Position numbers and translations under genes: made by a program
Part shown: one piece after another, positions 38,001 through 40,263 of the stretch
Position numbering within the stretch: the first letter of the stretch is position 1
Layout of the letters: every line of letters begins with the position of its first letter
IMG/VR virus record: IMGVR_UViG_3300017782_000058
From: a virus
DNA length: 40,263 nt
Strand: one strand, 5' to 3'
Notes under the pieces: model-generated
Seen by the model: the letters and a program-made list of their open reading frames with translations, nothing else
Told to the model about the DNA's origin: nothing
Database searches by the model: none

Positions 38001-40263
38001 ACCTCTTGCATAGGTCTAGCATTAAGCAACGCATTAATCATTGATTGCCCGGTTTCATAACCAAACATTTCTGCCACGATTGATACCGGCATACCGTCTT
38101 TTGCCACCATGCCGTATTTGCCAAACCCTAACTTTTTAATTTGGTCATTTGTTAGCTCTGGCATCAAAGCCTTTATGTCATCGATGGATATTTTGTGGCC
38201 ATCTTTTGCTGCCACTCTTTCGCCTTGTTCGTTGACAAATTCTCCACGCTTCAGAAATCCAATAATCTGATATATTTTTTCTGATTGTAATTTTTGAGCT
38301 TCTTCTTCTGAAACTTTTTTACGTTGAGTTCTGGCTGTTGCCTGTAGTTCTTTTATTACCCGGCTCCTAGCATTGGACAACCATTTGACCTGTCTCATGC
38401 TAGCTTTGGTCATGTCAGTGACAGCGCTATCATGCGCGTCTTTCATTATTTGTGTGTACTCGGCCCAGGTGGCGTCATCCATTCCGCTTTCTTGCTGGGT
38501 CTGGAACATTGCTTTCATGCCGTAAACTTGCTCTGCCTGATTAATCTGGTCTTCACTGGCAAGCATACGATCCATAACACCCCTAACTTCATCAGTTAGT
38601 ATTGGCAGATCTACGCCATTTTCTTGTCTGTAGATTACGTTTAGCTCGTCCCTGATTGACCGATATATACGCCGGAGGAAAGTGCTAAACCGATCAAACA
38701 GGGACTGCATTTTGACATTTGGAGCTTTGCCCTCGAACAAATAAATCTCAAAGTTATATGCAAAACTTTCATGATATTTTCTTTGCTCATTAAGTGACAG
38801 CTTATTCCAAGTGTCTAGATTTTCGACACCAAAGAAATCCAAAAGAGTTTGGAAATCATTTACCATCTTAGGTGTCGCATTTTCTTTACCGGCTAAATCG
38901 GCCATGACAGTCAACATAAAGTGAGCTGTCTCATGTAAGAACGTAGAATAGTCTGCGTCCTTATTTAATATTGTTGTAAGTGTAGTCGGATCAAAACCAC
39001 CTCTAGCACCACCAGGTATTTTTTCCTGAGATAAAATTTCGCTTTGCTGCATACCGTCACCAGTGATTGTTTCCATGTCACCGGCCACGCCTTCTTCATA
39101 TGTAAAGGCAGGCATCAGCCCAGTCTTTTGTTCTGCAAAAATAGTTTCTTCTAGAGAGGCTGTTCTGTTTTGTGGGCCATATGGGCCAAAGTTAAGCCAA
39201 CTGTTTTGGCCTCTTGTTTCTGTTGTGATAGCTGCACGGGCAGATCCAGTGAATAATCTAATGTGCGCTTGCCAGGCATTCTCTTCACCGTCATATCTAA
39301 ATCCAGAACCTTCTATGCCGTGCCCAAACGCATCGTGTACGGCTCTAAACAGATCATTGGCCAGAACCCTCTTAGGCTCACCGTCAAGGCTGCCAGAAGG
39401 CCATGTAAGGCCGGTATCGGCCAACATAGGATTTTCAGTAGAGCTTACAGTTTCTTCTGATCCAAACCCTGTTTCTGATGCATACACGGCCAAGGTTTGA
39501 TTGGCACGCAGCTCACGCATAGAGTTCCAAGGGTTGCCACCATATGGATCTGTAGTGTCATCAAAGAAATAGAATTGATATCCAGCATCTATTAGCGCCT
39601 GGTATTGGGCTGTAGTCTGCTTAATTAAATTTTCATATGCTTCAAGCACAACCGGATCATTCGGCGTATGCTCCATCTGTTCATATGCATTGGCTATTCT
39701 CGTAGCCAGGTCTGTGTTTACTCGGACGTATTCTCGTTGTCTTCTAAGATCGATCCCATTGTCTCGAGCGTATCGTTCAGCAACGGTGACAAGTCTGATG
39801 TCTGGGCCGGTTGCTCCATCGATGGTTGGCGCACCTTGTAACGGCGCAAGGCTTCCGCCTGCATACCCATCTCTTCTGTCTCGCTGGTTAAGAATTCTGT
39901 CTCCATCTCCAGGTTGTGTTCTTCCTGGCTGGATAGAGGTCTGTTGTTTGAGTTCATTATCTACATCCTTTATCGTTGCGTTAACATCAGCATCAGACAC
40001 ACCACGGCTCCGCGCTAGTGCAGCAGCGGCGTTAGCGTAGTCTGGCGCTTCCTGGTCTTCGTATCCCGTGTTGCCTTCTTGCTCCGAAACTTTCGCAGCA
40101 TCATACAGACGCTTTTCGGGATACCAAAGCAACGCCTGTAGGTCTGCCATTGTAAGCGATTTTTGCTCCTGTTGCAATATGTTCAACGCTTGTGCAAAAA
40201 CCTTTCTAATCTGCGCCCTTTCTGGTGGGCCTTGCGGTGCTTCCTTTTGACCATCTAAATATA
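35099..40263 (-). CDS. C-terminal part of the same giant polyvalent internal-virion/ejection protein. The track ORF 35099..40186 is a truncated view of it.
   Basis: The frame is open from the stop at 35099..35101 up to the window end. The track start at 40186 is a TTG that encodes Leu inside the continuous frame. The segment contains FLHETAHFML (an HExxH motif), LFRAVHDAFGHG, and C-terminal hydrophobic helices (GQLFMTYLLGFGLPMLVADAIV; AAALVPFGTIAIVPL). It occupies the T7 gp16 position, after the internal virion proteins. Confidence 0.9.
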   Translation of the reverse strand, partial: YLDGQKEAPQGPPERAQIRKVFAQALNILQQEQKSLTMADLQALLWYPEKRLYDAAKVSEQEGNTGYEDQEAPDYANAAAALARSRGVSDADVNATIKDVDNELKQQTSIQPGRTQPGDGDRILNQRDRRDGYAGGSLAPLQGAPTIDGATGPDIRLVTVAERYARDNGIDLRRQREYVRVNTDLATRIANAYEQMEHTPNDPVVLEAYENLIKQTTAQYQALIDAGYQFYFFDDTTDPYGGNPWNSMRELRANQTLAVYASETGFGSEETVSSTENPMLADTGLTWPSGSLDGEPKRVLANDLFRAVHDAFGHGIEGSGFRYDGEENAWQAHIRLFTGSARAAITTETRGQNSWLNFGPYGPQNRTASLEETIFAEQKTGLMPAFTYEEGVAGDMETITGDGMQQSEILSQEKIPGGARGGFDPTTLTTILNKDADYSTFLHETAHFMLTVMADLAGKENATPKMVNDFQTLLDFFGVENLDTWNKLSLNEQRKYHESFAYNFEIYLFEGKAPNVKMQSLFDRFSTFLRRIYRSIRDELNVIYRQENGVDLPILTDEVRGVMDRMLASEDQINQAEQVYGMKAMFQTQQESGMDDATWAEYTQIMKDAHDSAVTDMTKASMRQVKWLSNARSRVIKELQATARTQRKKVSEEEAQKLQSEKIYQIIGFLKRGEFVNEQGERVAAKDGHKISIDDIKALMPELTNDQIKKLGFGKYGMVAKDGMPVSIVAEMFGYETGQSMINALLNARPMQEVITERTDARMLNEFSDLTDPRQQELQVQEALHNEARARFISVELRFLSKSMQPVRYQVAAARQVAKELLAKKKLREIRPSQFARNEAKAVKAAEAAMRKGDSAGAVSAKRAQLIQNQLAREAIEVHKRYDKAQKLFKQVFKADKKLAKNRNMDLVNAARSILAAYNMGPKVDSPLDYVEKLKAYNPDMFAQVEPLIMDASRMGGRDIKDLTGEEFDTLNDMIQSLWYQSRRDKQITIDGQTMELEGVIGELNLRLEEIGIPDTPEGSTEAPGRKARIMRSINTTKAQLRRVEHWADSLDGAAGVGAFTKYIWRPIRGAVDLYRVARNNYTRRYAEMIAKLDLGKGKIIAGEFGYTFGNENGGLGKAELLGAMLHMGNESNLRKLLVGRNWAVLDDNKEMDTAKWDTFIDRMIDEGVLTKADFDFLQSVWDMTEEMKPLAQKAHNEIYGYYFNEVEAVPITNRFGTFRGGYVPAKTDPFMVRDAQRNAKLEELEGDFRQALPSTGNGFTKGRVEYNQPLSLDVRLMTKHIDDVLRFAYLQPAIKDVTKILRNRQFADNLTAIDPGAIEEMLIPWLNRSARQTTIERGINQTMDKFWGAVRNRTGVGIMFANITNALQQITGYFPAALKVEGKYLRSGLAQYMKAPMKAQTEIAELSPFMADRQRNQIFDIQETLNDLLLNPSKYAKIQKWAQRHGYFLQQAFQNQVDTVVWIATYNKTLAELPASTKDVAAEKEAIARADANVRMTQDSLTAEDLAAFQVGSPFYKTMLQFGGYFNMLANLNATAYTKIFRDLGWRGNKGQLFMTYLLGFGLPMLVADAIVRAVGGDFDDEDDDGYLDEVAGWFFGSQLRGAAALVPFGTIAIVPLNSFNDLPYDDRMTTSPSISLLEAATVGTVKTAINIIDEDKDVTGKNVRDVLTLLSLVTGIPLTVLGRPIGYAVDVESGKIDPTSDADFLRGLVTGKASPASR
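40141..40263. repeat. Terminal direct repeat, copy 2 (duplicate of 1..123)
   Basis: Identical to 1..123 by direct comparison. The unique genome length is therefore 40,140 bp. Confidence 0.95.

Noticed and set aside
35099-40263. The giant protein as an N4-type virion RNA polymerase or crAss-type giant RNAP
   Set aside because: The size and virion-protein position suggested this. Reading the full 3,146-aa translation, I saw no DxDGD-type double-psi-barrel metal motif and no T7-like polymerase motifs. The recognisable modules are instead ART-like and HExxH. Only a profile or structure search can fully exclude a divergent polymerase.
1-40263. tRNA, rRNA or CRISPR features
   Set aside because: Non-coding gaps are short (at most about 150 bp) and are explained by promoters, terminators or ribosome-binding sites. 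I saw no cloverleaf-capable segment of about 75 nt and no regularly spaced repeats other than the 42-bp heptamer array.

Overview
The window is a complete, circularly closed tailed-phage genome. Positions 1..123 are identical to 40141..40263, so the unique length is 40,140 bp. About 37 kb is transcribed on the minus strand in this order: Cro-like regulator, RusA-like resolvase, SSB-like protein, replication initiator and DnaC-like loader, small early proteins, TerS, TerL, a hydroxylase plus GNAT insert, portal, BPP-1-like head genes (Bbp19-like, scaffold, major capsid, Bbp16-like cement), T7-type adaptor and nozzle, internal virion proteins, two tail-fibre genes, five small membrane proteins, holin, and M15 endolysin. 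A 2.8-kb plus-strand block (22946..25732) carries small early genes, a YqaJ-like exonuclease, RecT and an excisionase-type HTH protein. The two blocks diverge from a repeat-rich regulatory region (22798..22945) and converge on a perfect 12-bp-stem bidirectional terminator (25739..25776). I recognised no RNA polymerase, DNA polymerase, integrase, tRNA or CRISPR array. The main hidden feature is a giant ORF of 3,146 codons that crosses the circular junction (4399..1 joined to 40140..35099, minus strand). The supplied ORF track shows only its C-terminal 1,695 codons, with an artefactual TTG start. The ORF sits in the T7 gp16 (ejection protein) position and carries a polyvalent-protein-type ADP-ribosyltransferase module, an HExxH zincin motif and hydrophobic helices at both ends. 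Other observations: a strand-specific 12-15-nt motif (GGCGTGCCCGTA on the coding strand) at module boundaries; six tandem TGTTTNN heptamers inside the replication initiator gene; ATCAACA/TGTTGAT boxes shared by the early switch and a sigma70-like late promoter; a cupredoxin-like H..C-x2-H-x2-M site and a seven-fold ~45-aa repeat in the 1,877-aa fibre; and a Shine-Dalgarno-led 17-codon Lys/Pro micro-ORF after the endolysin. All functional calls rest on motif recognition and synteny by eye. No database search was run.
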